From: Chiloscyllium plagiosum
Lineage: Eukaryota
Assembly (NCBI RefSeq): GCF_004010195.1
Contig: NC_057746.1
Span: 27,476,374 to 27,540,373, forward strand
Reading direction: 5' to 3'
DNA length: 64,000 nucleotides
Part shown: positions 38,454 through 52,228 of the stretch, one piece after another
Numbering within the stretch: position 1 is the first letter of the stretch
Layout: each line of letters starts with the position of its first letter
Made by a program: the position numbers and the translations under genes
Notes under the pieces: generated by a model
The model's input: the letters and a program-made list of their open reading frames with translations, nothing else
The model's database searches: none
What the model was told of the DNA's origin: nothing

Positions 38454-39554
38454 TGTGTCCCTTTCCCTTATTCTTCCTCCGGTAATAACATTTCCACTTA
38501 GTGATTCTCTTTGCTGTTTGGTGTGTGTGAAAGAGCCTTCATATATATATTTTTGATTTTGCTTATTCATTTCTACCTAACAAAAAAAATCCAAATTTCT
38601 GATTTGCTTGCTCATAGTGCCTGAACAAAGAGCTTCTAAAAACTGACACTATTTACTCGTGGTGTGAATGTGAAGGAGGTTCCCAGTTTCTGGCTCATTA
38701 TATCTGTGAATGAGAAATTTCCAGACATTTTTACACTTACTCTCTGGAAAGAAACTTTCTCAGCATCTGATTTTCTGCACTCCCACATACTTGTATTATA
38801 ACTAGTATTTCCAGTTTTGTCTTATTCTCTGAAACTTTGCCCAACAATAGGTTTCATTCACCAGTAATCTATCATTCCCAAGCAGTTTATTCTGAGTTTA
38901 ACCCTTTGTGACTTAGGAAATTTCTGCTGGGCTATTTATTTCTTTGTTGACCTGTAACCTATTTCTATTATCTTGGTGGGCCCAATACCTTTTTGAAAGT
39001 ACTTTCTGAGGTCACAACCAGGGGCTTGCTGTTATAATCATTTTTTTAAAAAAATGAAGAACTGCAGATGCTAGAACTCAGAAACAAAAACATAAATTGT
39101 TGGAAAATTTCTGCAGATCTGGCAGCATCTGTGGAGAGAAAGCAGAGTTAATATTTCAGGTCCAGTGATCCTTCAGGCTACTGAAGAAGGGTGAGTTGAA
39201 AGTCTTAGTGCCCCTGATTTCTCTGGGTCTGGTGGTAACAAATTCTGAAATTAGGCAGATTACGTAAGGATTTTAATAAGCCTGATTCAATATTTGACTC
39301 TTCTTATTTGTAGATTTTCAAGCTTGTGTAATATGAATTGTGATGTCGCAAAGCTGCTCCTGAGGGCCTATGTTCAATTTCAGACTACATTTTAGCATTC
39401 TTGTTGATCTGAGCATCTAATGTGCATGTATGTGTGTGAAAGACCAGGGTGCCTCACAGGCACAGCAGTTGTGACCTACAGAATATAGTTACAAAGAAGA
39501 GTTAATGGATTCAAAATGTTTCCTCAGTTTCTCTCTCTACAGATGCTGCCAGAC

Positions 39555-40105
39555 ATAAAACATAGAACATGGAACAATACAGTGCAGAACAGGTCCTTGA
39601 GCCAACCTATGAACTAATCTAAGCCCACCCCCCTACACTATCCAGCGTTATCGATATGCTTATCCAAGGATAGTTTAAATGCCACTGATGTGGCTGAGTT
39701 AACTACATTGGCAGACAGGGCATTCCACACCCTTGCCACCCTCTGAGTAAAGAACCTGCCTCTGTCATCTGTCTTAAATCTATTATCCCTCAATTTGCAG
39801 CCATGCCCCCTCATATAAGCCGAGGTAATCATCCTTGAAAAAGGACTCTCACTGTCCACCCTATCTAATCCTTTGGTCATCTTGTATGTCTCTATTAAAT
39901 CTCTTCTTATCCTTCTTCTCTCCAATGGGAACAGACCCAAGTCCCTCAGCCTTTCCTCATAAGACCTTTGCTCCAGACCAGGCAACATCCTGGTAAATCT
40001 CCTTTGCACCTTTTCCAATGCTTCCACATCCTTCCTGTAATGGGGTGACCAGAACTGTACACAATATTCCAAGTGAAGCCACACGAGTGGTTTGTACAGT
40101 TGCAA
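39555..40105 (-). mobile_element. CR1-like LINE 3' fragment
   Basis: ORF 39638-40105 LEYCVQFWSPHYRKDVEALEKVQRRFTRMLPG..GRFFTQRVARVWNAL. Confidence 0.9.
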
Positions 40106-40255
40106 CTGTACAAAAACACAGACTTGCTGTGTTTTTTCAACACTGTCTGCTTTTATTGTGGATTGACAGCATGCACTGAATTTTGCTTTAATAAGTGCCC
40201 CCAGAGTGGATTTGCGTAGTTTAGATCAGCCAAACACCATGGACAGTGAATCTCC

Positions 40256-40280
40256 GGGGGGGGGGGGGGGGGGGGGGGGG
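40256..40280. repeat. G25 homopolymer
   Basis: Direct count. Confidence 0.9.
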
Positions 40281-42313
40281 TTCTAAAAATGAGAATCTGT
40301 TTAGTTGTTTTTTCTTCTTGTTAGCATACTGTCCACTTGGCCATTACACTTGAAGTTAACTTCAATGTGTATACTCATGATTTTCAAGGTTTTCATCTCT
40401 GTCAGCATATTACAGAGCAATATAATCTCAAGGGGCATGTCTTTGTACCCACCAAAGTCCACTCAAATAACATCACATTCATTTAACTGTGGAATGTTTT
40501 TCCTTTCCATTCGTTGAGATAGTTTGGGAACTTCCTGAGTCTCACCCTGTTGGTTACAGCTGATGTGTCACATTGTCTCTGTCATTCCTGTGCTGGAGAT
40601 CAGGTGAACTGAGAGCAACATTAATGAGGGTGAAGAAAAATACTGGCCCCGGTCAACTGCCTAGTGGAACATTGCCTGTGAATTGAACACTTTCAGACAG
40701 ATGAAGTGCAGTGAGAGGGAGCCAATGATGTATTAGACAAGCATCTCATGTATCTGTAACATTATCAAGCTCTTTAACCACAATATTAACATAGAGATTG
40801 TCACCAATTAAATTGGAGAATAATTGGAGTGACTTGATGAGGAATTGCCTGGCGCCTGAGGAGAGGAATATTAGAAATCCAGCCAAACTTTGATTCAGTA
40901 GTTGTTCACAGGGCAGATTTGAGCATTCAGGGTAATAACCCTCAATTACACTCAATTATTTCACAACCCAGCCCAACAACAGAGACTGTATAATCAGAAA
41001 CAGAAAAAAAGGAATTGCTGGAGAAACTCAGCAGGTCTGGTAGCTTCTGTAGAGAGAAAGCAGCATCAATGTTCTGAAGAAGGGTTACTAGACTTGACAT
41101 GTTAATTCTGCTTTCTCTCTGTCAGACCAGATGAGTTTCTCCAGCAACTTCTGCTTTTGTTTCAGATTTTCAGCATTTATAGTTCTTTGTTCTCTGTATA
41201 ATTAGAGGCAGGTAATTAAAGAAAAAGCACACTTGGGATTATTTCATGGATGTCCAAGCAAACATTTTGAGTTGAGATAATGGGAGTTCATCTGACTCAT
41301 TTCTTGAACACAAGATGAAGTTTGTATATCAGAGTAAAATCCTCTGCAACTCAGTGACTGTAGTGTGTTTAATGAGTGCTTGAGCATTGGATTTTAATGT
41401 TATTGGTTGACACCAACTGTGAGTATGTAATGCTGGTTTATGCCTGTTGTGCTATTTTCTGCATCAGTTTTTTTTTATCTGTGTGATGGTGTTTGGCATG
41501 ACACGATTAATATAGCAAAGAAAAGGGATTATTTTATCCTTCCTGTGTCAGATTGAATACTTGTCAAAGAAAGTTTACGAGTTAACCCAGCTTACAGCAA
41601 CTAATAAATGTTGACTGGTTAATCATAGATGACCCACAATTCTAGGGCTGTATTAAACTTCTCATGTGCATGTTACAAAATAACAGCCAGCTGTAGGCTC
41701 ATAGAATTGTAGCAACAGAGAAAAGGCATTTGACATTTTGAATCTATTTCAGCCACCAGTAAGAGCTATTCAGAAAGCTCCTCTGAGTGGCTTGTAGCAC
41801 TGCAATTGTTTTCCTCACAGGTACTGATCTCATCTGATTTTGAAAACCTTCATTAAATTTGCTTTCATAATCCTCTCAGGCAGTGCATTCCAGATGGTTA
41901 TTGTTAGCTATGTGAATAGGCCTTTCTTTTTTAACATGTTTGTCAATCATTTTAAATCAGTCTCCTCGGATTCTCAACTCATTTACCAATGGGAATAGTT
42001 ACTTTCTGTCCACTCCCCTCCAGATTTAAAGCAACGTTATCAACTCTTCTCGAAGTCTTCTTTGCTATAAGGTGAGCAACTCCAGTTTCTCACATCTATT
42101 CACTTAACTGAAGTTCTGCATACCAAGAAACATTCTCACAAATCATTTCTTGGCCTTCTCAAAACCCTTCAACTTTCCCTTGCAGTGCAATGCCTAAAAC
42201 TGGAAAACATCTTTGTCTTTATGCTCTAAGCCAATATTTGCAAATGGAGGATTTTGTATGCTTTTGTAGCCATTTTGTCAAAGTTTCCTGACATTTTTAA
42301 TGCTTTCATTTGT

Positions 42314-43079
42314 TGTTATGAAATTATAGGTGTGTACTATACCTTTAAGAGAGAATGAAGGCTGTTTTAGCAGTGACAATTTGCAGGCCACTGCCATTGT
42401 CACTGACTAGCAGTCTCAGAGTATACTGGAAAATTTAAAATATGTAACATTTGGCTGTAAACTAAATACCTCAGTTGTTTTGACCACCATTTGAATTTAA
42501 CCAGTCAGTTTAAATTCAGCCCCAGGATGCTAAAACCCAATCAAAATTGAATTTCCCTGTTTTGGGAACATTGAACCCATGAGAAAATCCACTGTTTGGG
42601 GTATAAATGAAGTTGGCATTTTGAGAGTTAGCCAGAGAGAGCACCAACTGCCATTGAGAGACTGCCAAGCAACATTCTCTATTAAAGGTACTTCTATCAT
42701 ATGAAACATATTTGCAGCAGAAGACTGAAGATGACCCATGGAGATCTACAAACAGAAGAAGACTGACACCAGAGATGACAGCTGCTGCCTGGTTTTGAAA
42801 ATTATGTTACTATAAATTAATTATGGCTTTTATTGGATCAGTATATTGTTGTAGAGTGGAAGGTAGATAACAAATCTATAAGAGAAAGGAAACTTAGAGT
42901 TGTAAATAGTTGTTTAATGTTCACTTTTAGAGTTAAAGAATAAATGTGTTTTTTTTTTCTTTAAGTAATGGAATTTGGGTAGTTGTTTGTCATTCATACT
43001 TTAACAGATTATGAGGTGAGGGGAGCTTTTCTGTGTGTTTGGGTTAATGAGCAGAAGGATTCACTGCCGTGTCATAATA
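42314..43079 (+). mobile_element. solo LTR, same family as 14664-15364
   Basis: Starts TGTTATGAA..GTACTATACCTTTAAGAGAG, has AATAAA at ~42939 and ends GTGTCATAATA. Confidence 0.6.
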
Positions 43080-46000
43080 GCATGTTCTCCCAGATCCCTC
43101 GGCTCCTTTAAAATTGTATGTTTGATATCCTTTCATTTATTTTTCGTTTTGCTTGATCTTCCTACCATGAAGTGTGACTTCTCAACACTTAATTGAATCT
43201 GCCATGTGGTCACCCCATTCATCACTTCCTGTGTGTACTATTGAAGCTGATACTATCCTCTTCAAGGTTCATTACACTTCAAGGTTTTTATGTTATCTTT
43301 AATTTCGCCCTGTATACACTTTTATAGTCATGTACATATCGTGGAAACTTTTGTCAAAGCAGTGACCCAGGGAAATTTCACAGTATAATTTTCTTCAATC
43401 AGAGAACACTCATTCAACTATTCTGTTTCCTGACCTGCAGCTATTTTATGTGCATTTGACACTATCCTTTTTTGTAACATTGACTTCAACTCTACTGACA
43501 AGCTTACTAGGTTTTTTTGGAAGTTCATGCACATCACATCATCTCCATTTCTTTTCAAATTTAATAAGCACGATTTGCCTTTAATAGCTTTCCTTAGCAC
43601 AGAATTGATTAAATAATGACGCATTCTGCCCCACATTATCATTCACGAAAGTTTTAGGAAAACTAAAATTCTAAAAGGTGGCCTTTAGATACCTTTAAAA
43701 TTATGATAGGATTTCATGATAGGATAGATGGAGAGAAGGTATTTAAATATGTCCACAGCTTGGTAGCCTTAATATAAAATAAACACCAAGAAGTTTGAGG
43801 CCGGTTCAATTGCAACATTTAAGAGGCATGTGGATGGGTATATGAATAGGATGGGTTTGGAGGGATATGGGCCGGGTGCTGGGAGGTGGGACTAGATTGG
43901 GTTGGGATACCTGGTCGGCATGGAGCAGTTGGACCGAAGGGTCTGTTTCCATGCTGTACATCTCTATGACTCTAAGTGTAATAGGGATTCAGGGAAATGT
44001 CTTTATTCAGATTGTGGTAAGATTATGGAACTCATTACCACAGGGATCATTGAAGTGAATAAGAACGATGCACACGTGGGAACATCAAAAATGATATGCT
44101 AAAACAAGGTGGAAGCTTGAATACAGCATAATCACCTGCTTACACCTGATTGGCCAATAGGTCCGCTTCTGCACTGTAGATTTCTTTTATTTGTTCTTAG
44201 TATGGGGACATTACTGGCAAGCTTCCATTTATTGTCCAGCCCTAATCATCCAGAGGGCAGTTAAGGGTCAACCAAATCAATATGGAACAGGAGTCACATT
44301 AAGCAAGAACAGGTAAGGATGACAAAACGAATTCCCTAAAGGCCTTGGTGAACCAGGTGGGTTCTTAACAACAATTGACCGTTGCTATGGTCACCATGAG
44401 GCCATTTTTTAAAAAAATTACAACTTCTGGAATTCACATTTCACTATCTGCCATGATGGGATTGAACTCATGGCGCTAAACTATTAGACTGCTTTGTTTT
44501 GGAATACTAGTCCAATGATATTACTGTGCTGCCACCACCTCCAGCGGTTCTTTAAACCACTGGTTCTATAATCCAGCGGTTCTTTAAACCACTTGCCCCA
44601 GCATTACTTTTTCTCAGACCAGCTGCAAACTATTTGTATTTACTGTTGCAATAGCAACTGATTCACTTTTGATGGTTTGCATTGCCCTTAAAGCGTTGGT
44701 TGGAAATATTTAGTTGGCTATTTGATGACAGGGGTGATTAATAAGATAGTAAAAAGAAGAAAAATGATAAGAAGTCAAGGTGATTTTGATGAGAGCAAGT
44801 CACTCAGTTGTGCTTAACAGCACTTCGGAATACAAAAGAAAAGGCAGCTCATCTCTTGAAACAGGAATGCAAAAGTTCAAGAAACGGGAGCAGGAGTCAA
44901 CCAGATCTGGAAAGTTTCAATTAGATAATCTCTTGATTTTAAATTCAGAAAATTTCCTCATCCTCCCATCACATGACAACTCTATCTTCCCATGGACAAT
45001 CTTCTGAATCTTTGTTGTACTGCCACTAAATCAAATACACCCATCCCTAAAAATGGAGATCAAGACTGTGTACAGTGTTCCAGGTGTGGTCTCACCTAAG
45101 CCCTGTTCAGTTGTATTAAAAAAAAATCCTGTAATCCAAGTCGTTTGCAATGAAGGCCAAATCGCCCAGTTCGCTAACCAATGAATATAAACTAATTGTA
45201 CCAGCGAGGAATTGTTGATATGTTCAAGAGGATGGAATACTCCAAGCTGACCCTCGCTGGCAAAGAAATATGAGAAGGTTATGAAAGCAGAAAATGATGG
45301 AAATAGTATGGAGGATAAGTAACACCTATAGAATGAAAAAACTGAGTTAGTAGTTCAATTGGATATCTTTTTTGTCAGAAGGTGTGTATATGTTTCAGCT
45401 GAAAAGCTTCAGAAGAGCTGAGTTGTAGGGAGGAAATTTAAATCACAGTGGCAATAGGAGAGATTGCGGACTGCAAGTTGAAGGCAATCAAATTGATTTA
45501 TTCCACTCTAAGGGACTGAAACATGGATTCTCAGCACAGTGGATGAACAAGGACACAGATGAATAGGACAGAAGAGGTATCCTCCATCGATTTAGGGTTT
45601 AAAGGACTAGAAACTGAGGAATGTGGAAAATAATTTTAATAAGCAGGGACTAAAAATGCCAGCAACTGTCAGAGTTTCACCTTCTCTACAATTGTTCGGA
45701 AAAATGAATAAAACTTTCAAATGTTTTCCAGGATCACATAGGAAGGCACCCTCTGTCTTCCTTCTGTGTAATTACACTGTCAAATAACTAAAATTCAAGA
45801 GCCTGTCAGTGAGCCACGGTTTGTGCTTGATGACTTTCCAAATTCAGGCACAGATTTCCCATTCATCAGCTGCAAGGTGTAGCAACTTATGAGCATTCTG
45901 TGCTCAAAGTCACGACGGGCTCAATAGTGCGAACAGGGAAACGTGGAGGTTGTAGTCTGTCTGTAGAACTAAGCGATTGGTTCAGATAGTTGTCATATTA

Positions 46001-47367
46001 TGTCTTTATGAGGGAGGATGACAAAAGTTAGTGGAGAACAGCACAGACTTCTGATGTGATGACTAATGCTCTTCCATTGACATTGAGAGTCACTGGTTAG
46101 GCCAATGCCTGTCCCTTGAGAAGGTGGTGGTGAGCTGCCTTTTTGAACCGCTGTAGTCCATGTCTTGATATCAATAAATAACATGTCTGACCCCTTTACC
46201 GCTAACTGTTCATCAATCTTCACAGGCTTCTTTGGGAAAAGGAACTGAGTGAGTTCCATCTGAACTCCACATTTTGCCATTGTAGCAGCCACGGTGCGAG
46301 ACTTTGTGCCTCGATATTCCTCTGCCCATTTCATGGAAATTCTGTGCAAAATAAACTCCTTTTAAATCCAAGTCGTCAACGACATCTAGGCCTCTTCTCC
46401 TTCAGTTGTCGCTGGCAAACGCCATACATGGAACAATGTCTCTGTCGCGTGAACATGATTCACTTTCTCCTCATTTGTAACGGTGAAACATCGAGCTCCC
46501 ACTATTCCACGATTAGTTCAGGATATCCCATGAAGTTACTTTGGACAGTGCCAATGATCATATCATATTAAAGAAACATCATGAAGTGAAGTCTTGTTAC
46601 CAAACCAAAATCAAAAATTGCCGGAAAAAACTCAGCAGGTCAGATAGCATCTAAGATAGAAAGCAGATTAACATTTCGGGTCCAGTGACCTTTCTAGCGA
46701 TTTCTGACTTCCACTATCTTTATTTCTTTTCGTTTAGCCATTTTTCTAGCCTATGTGTAGGTCGAACAATCAAGTTTTGCTGCTTTATCGCCAACAATGG
46801 CCCAACGCTTTCCCCCAGCGTGTGGGGAAAACCAGTGAACTTGAAACGCATTGACGGCTCCACACATCGGTCGCCGCAGGAATCACCTCTCGTGTTAGCG
46901 ATAGCCTCGCCTTGCGATAAACTCGAACAGGAATTCACTGAACAGGGAAGAATCAATTCCAACGGATATTGTCCGAGGATGGTCTGTGGCTGGGGGAGAG
47001 AGGGGGCCATGGTACGGCAGATTGATTCCAATTTCCGACAGGAGCGGGAGTCATCGCTCAGAGAGAGATGCAAAGCAGATAACAAAGAGAATAACAAATT
47101 CTACGCTCTTTCTACGGACACCTGAGAGTGTACGAGAGGTATATTCTTGGTGCAAGTTGTATTCCTTGCAACAAGAGCGAATAGTAGGTTTTAGATGCAC
47201 TCCAGTCAGCACTGCGAAACAAAGGAAATAAGAAACTTGGACTGATCCTCGAATAAGGTGAATTCAAAACTGCACGTGTACCTAGCATTAAACACACTCA
47301 GTAACCGCCAGTGTTGTGAATAAACACCGCCAAATGTACAACCATGTAGGCAGACTCTGAGGGACCT

Positions 47368-47522
47368 TTAACCCTGAGGGGTTTGGGAGCCGCTGAACCT
47401 TTCTTGCCATGAATCCATCCCAGAATGAAGAGAAAGATAATCTCAGTGAAAGTGTGGGTGAAAGTGTGGGTGAAAGTGTGGACATGTTGTCCCGCATTGT
47501 AAAATGGTCACTCTCATAGTCA
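47368..47522 (-). pseudogene. SPRY C-terminal fragment
   Basis: DYE..FYNA.DNMS..TFTHTFTE..GW with a local CACACTTTCACC duplication. Aligns with 38300-38440 and 25520-25665. Confidence 0.75.
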
Positions 47523-48782
47523 CGCGGGGTGTGAGTGTACGGAATGAGCTGCCAGAGGAACAGGCGGAGGCTGGTAACAATTGCAACATTTAAAAAGCAT
47601 CTGGATGGATATATGAATAGGAAGGGATTACCGGTTATGAGCCATGTGGTGAGTGGTTGGGACTAGATTAGGTTAGGATAACTGATAGGCATGGATGAGT
47701 TGGACCGAAGAGTCTGTTTCCGTGCTGTACATCTCTATGACTCTATAACATTGGTGAGGCCTCTTCTGGAGGGTTGTGTCCAGTTCTGGTCACCCCTCAT
47801 TCTCCCACGCTCCAGCTAAAAAGGTCCCAGTTTATCCAGCAAACACACCGCCCCACCCCTAACACAAGCACTCCATTCATGGAAACACCCTGGTGAATCT
47901 CTTCTGAACTCTCTCCAGCTTCGTAATAGCCTTCTTATAACGGGGTGGCCAGAACTAGACACAGCACTCCACAAGAACGGTGAGGGGGGAAAATGGCAGG
48001 GGACTATTCCCTAGGATGGGTGATTTCAAGACTCGGGGTATATTTTAATGTGAAATGAGAAAGATTTTAAAAAGGCATGAAAATCAATATTTTTTACACA
48101 GAGTGATCCATGTGTGGAATGAACTTCCAGTGGAAGTGCTGGATTTGGGAACAATTGCAATGTTTAAAAGACATTAGGGTAAGTATAGAAATAAAGGACG
48201 TTTGGATGGATATGGGCTAAGCGCAAGCAGGTGGGGCTAGTTCAGTTTGGGTTTATGGTCAGCATGGGCTGGTTGGACTGCAAGGTCTGCTCCCATGACT
48301 GTAAGACACGGATCCGTGGAGAAATATGGGGAGAGATGATCAGAATTCAGTGACAACACTCAACAGCACTGCCTATCCAATCTGTTACCAAGGATCAACC
48401 ATTTGCCTGTCTAAATGAAGGAATACCACTGATCAGACATGGATGGCATGTAAGAATTTTCACTGGAAAATTCCATGGATTGTGGTCCATTTTTCCAGAA
48501 GCTGTAATAAACTTCGGGACATCTTTATTGTTTGCCAGTTTTCATTGTTCTGTTTTTCTTCAGCTTTGTGACAAGTCTTTCTACATCAGTGGCATTGGTG
48601 TTAGCAGTCGGTAGAATAAAGGACTGAAAGACTCAGACCGAAGCATGAAAAAGTGGATGGTCCTTCAAGAAGTGAGAAGGATTAAATCTTAGTGCATTCC
48701 AATCATGCTGGACTTCGGGAGTATGGAAAATAAACAGCATGGAAGCATGGGAAGGGTTAAATCATGGAGACCACTGGCGATC

Positions 48783-49419
48783 TGTTGAAAGGGGTCTTTG
48801 GAATGCAGGGTGGGCTAAGAATATTGGAATACTCTTACACCAATTAGCAGAGTAAGGTCGAGGCCGAAAGGTCTGGCAAGATGAGATAACACAGTTAGTA
48901 AAGTTAGCTTCACCTACTGAGTATCATTATCTCAGGATTGGGACCATAAATATTTGGGACATGACATTAAATATCTAATTAATAATTAGTAGAGTCAGCC
49001 TGCTTGAGATTATTGACAATAAATATCTAATCATGACATTAGGAAAATATTAAGTAGGGTATGGAATGAAAGACCATTGTTGCAAAAGCTGACACTAAAT
49101 ATCTAACCGTGACATTAGAATAACATTAAGTAGAATGTAGGAAAAATTCTAGGGGCAACTAAAGAGATAATGAGAACTAATATCACTGGATTATTGTGTA
49201 GCTAGAGTGAGGTACTTTGATTAATATAATTGGACATGTTGATAAGCTAACAGAAATATGATTTTAAAAATAAAAAAAACCCACAGACCCTGAGGTTCAT
49301 GGGCATTCGAGAATCTGCTTTCTGAATGTCAAGTTCAAGATTTTTTGTTTGCAAATAAAAGACCTACTTCTTGAAGAACTCTCTGCGTCTCCTGGTGATT
49401 CTCTACATTTTCTCCACGA
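48783..49419 (+). mobile_element. possible solo LTR
   Basis: TGTTGAAA start, internal direct repeats (TAAATATCTAA..GACATTA), AATAAA at ~49354. The 3' end and TSD are unclear. Confidence 0.4.
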
Positions 49420-50074
49420 TAGGACCTGCTACCCCACATTGCCCCTGACAGTGCAAGGCAATGTGAAAACGATACGAGGGAGAGATAGTGCTGGAGTGAC
49501 AGTGTCACTGAACTAATAATCCATAGAACCAGTTTAATCTTAACATGGTGAAATCTAATTTCAGTTAATTCAAATTTGGAATTAAAAGCTAGTCTGAAAA
49601 ATGAGAACCATTAATGATTTTGTCTATTTCTATCCGATTCACTAATGCCGTTTAGGGAAAGAAATATGTCATCTTTACCCAGATCTGCAGAAATGCAGTC
49701 GGTTCTTAAATGGGATCTGATCTGTAAGCCACTGAAATAAGGGCTACTTTTTTTACATTCCATGATGTGGCCATCACTGGCTGAGCCAGCATTTATTGCC
49801 CATCCCTACTTTCTGTTGACAAGGTGATGGTGAGCTGCTTTCTTGAACCACTGCAGTCTATCTGGTACCGGCAGAACCACAATGTAGTTAAGAGGAATTT
49901 CCATGATTTCAACTCTGCCAAACAGAAGGGACAGTGAAAGATTTCCAAGTTGGGGTCGTGAACAGCTTAGAGGGAAACTTGCAGGTGGAGGTTTTTCCAT
50001 ATAGCTGCTGCTCTTGCCCTCCTAGTTTATTGTGGTCGTGTGTTTGAAAGGTGCTGGCTGAGGAGTCTGATTGT

Positions 50075-50625
50075 ATAAACCCTATAAGGTCACCCCTCAG
50101 TCTCTGAACCTCCAGGAAAGAAAGCCCCAGGCTATTCAGTCTTTTCCTATAGTCTGCAACATCCTTGTAATTACTTTTTCCTGCACGCTCTCAGGTTGAC
50201 CAACATCCTTCTTTAGTAGGGAGACCAGAATTGAACACCGTATTCTAAACGTGTCGTCACCAATTTCCCGTACAGCCCTAACATGACATCCCAATCCCGT
50301 ACTCAATGCTATTATCAATGAAGGTAGACGTGCCAAATGCCCTCTTCACCACCCTGCCTACCTGTGACTCCACTTTAAAAAAAACTATGCGCTTGCATCC
50401 CTAGGTCTATTTCTTTGGCAGCACTCCACAGGGCCCTACCATTAAGCGTACATTGCTGGCCTGGTTTGCCTCACCAAAATGCAACACCCACACTTATCTT
50501 ACCTACACTCCATCTGCCACTCATTGACCTATTAGACCATCTGATCAAGGTCGCGTTACACTCTGTGATAATCCTCTTCACTGTTCACTATAGCGTCTAT
50601 TTTGGAAGTCATCTGCAAACGTAGT
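50075..50625 (-). mobile_element. degenerate CR1-like LINE fragment
   Basis: Similar to 10900-11545 (GGAGACCAGAATTG, ACATGAC..CCCAA, TCATCTGCAAAC). Confidence 0.75.
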
Positions 50626-52111
50626 ACCTGGTAATTGAAAGACATAACTGTTGTCAAAGCTTCCGTCATCACAAATATCTGAAGGTTTGCAGTTACAAAA
50701 TAAAACCTCAACATGCAAATAGTGTCACTGTAAGAATTGTCAGATTCACTCTCTCTTGCAGTGGGTGCTTAACGTCTGCCCCACTGCTATCCAAAAGAAA
50801 GTACAAACCAGGCTTATAATAGAAAATTCTTCACCTCCCTGGAGGAGTTCAGCTCCAACAACCCTCTCAGAGCTGGATACAATTCAAATCTACTTGATCA
50901 GCATCTCATCAAATACTTTCAAACATTCACCATCACCATATATACCATTAGCAAGTTGCACTTCAGCCACTTAACAAGTCTTCTTGATAAACAACTCCGA
51001 AAACAACAACCTGTACCATCGGAAGGACAAGGATAGCAGGTGCATAAGAGGACCACATCCTGAAAATTGCTTTTCCAAGCCTTGTCCTAGTACTTTTATT
51101 CCCTTTCTATATATAAAAAAAAGATGTGAGCATTATTGGAATATTCACCATTTGTTGCCCACATTGCCCATGAGAATTATAGAGTTCCTACAGTCTGGAA
51201 GTAGGGCATTCAACCCATTGGGTTCATAGCGACTCTGAAGAGCATACCACCCAGCACCACCCTCACCCTAAAACCCTGCATTTCCTATGGCCAATCCACC
51301 TAAACTTCACATCTTTAGACCGTGGGAGGAAATGTGAGCTCCCAAAGGAAAACCACACTGATACAGGGAGCATGTGCAAACTCCGCACAGCCAGTCGCCC
51401 AAGGGTGGAATTCAACCCCAGTCCCTGGCACTGTGAGGCCACAGTACTAATCACTGAGTCAGCATGAGAGAAGGTGGTGGTGAACTGCCTTCCTGAAACA
51501 CCGCAATGCATGTGGTGTGGTTACATCAAAGGTTAAGGAGGGAGTCCCAGTATTTTGATCCGATGGCAGTGAATGGACAGAGATTAAATCACAATAATGC
51601 GTGATTTGATGGCGAACCTGCAATTATTGATGTTCTTATGCATCTGGTGCCCATATGTAGAGATTGTAGGTTTGCAAGGTGCCTACAAAGAAGCCTTGGT
51701 AAGTTGCTGCAGTGTTTCTTCATGGATTGCACACATTGCTGTGACAGTGCGATAGTGCTGAAGGGCTAGATTATTGAAAGTGACGAATGACCAATCATGA
51801 GAGCTGTTTATTCTTATGTGTTGGAGCTGCAACAATCCAAACAAATGGATTTAGTCTTCTTAGCTCAACAAGGATCTTCCTGCATTAGAGGGCTTGTAAC
51901 AGAGATACAACGGGTTGATTTCTGGGGTGAGGACAGATTGAAGAATTAGACCTGTGCTCCCTAGAGATTTGAAGAATGAGAAATGATTTACACTCAAACT
52001 GAGGGTGCAGGGTAGAGGCAGTTGGTTAGTCAGGGGGAAGTCAGGATAACATAAACTCTTGGGCTAACAATCAATATCATGTCTCGGTATCTCTTTAGTT
52101 TTCGAGTTTGT

Positions 52112-52228
52112 GCTCTTCCGGAGAGTAAGGGAACCTCTGACATTTGGCTCTGAGTCTCACTAGATCAGTCCTCAGGCAGGATGAGCCAGAGATTCGTTGT
52201 GTTCTTATCCAGAGAAAGGGTAGAGCCA
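52112..52228 (-). pseudogene. PRY fragment of a B30.2 exon
   Basis: TLSLDKNTTNLWLILPED*SS then a frameshift to RLRAKCQRFPYSPE, which matches LTLDPxTAHxxLILSEDxTSVRLG. Confidence 0.7.

Noticed and set aside
40256-40280. G25 run as functional G-quadruplex
   Set aside because: An isolated homopolymer with unreliable length and no supporting context.
45400-47300. Protein-looking frames, including overlapping ORFs 46685-47125 (+) and 46720-47097 (-); considered an endogenous virus or death-domain gene
   Set aside because: No recognisable motif, and stop density in the extended frames is about what random sequence gives. Worth a homology search but not supportable by eye.
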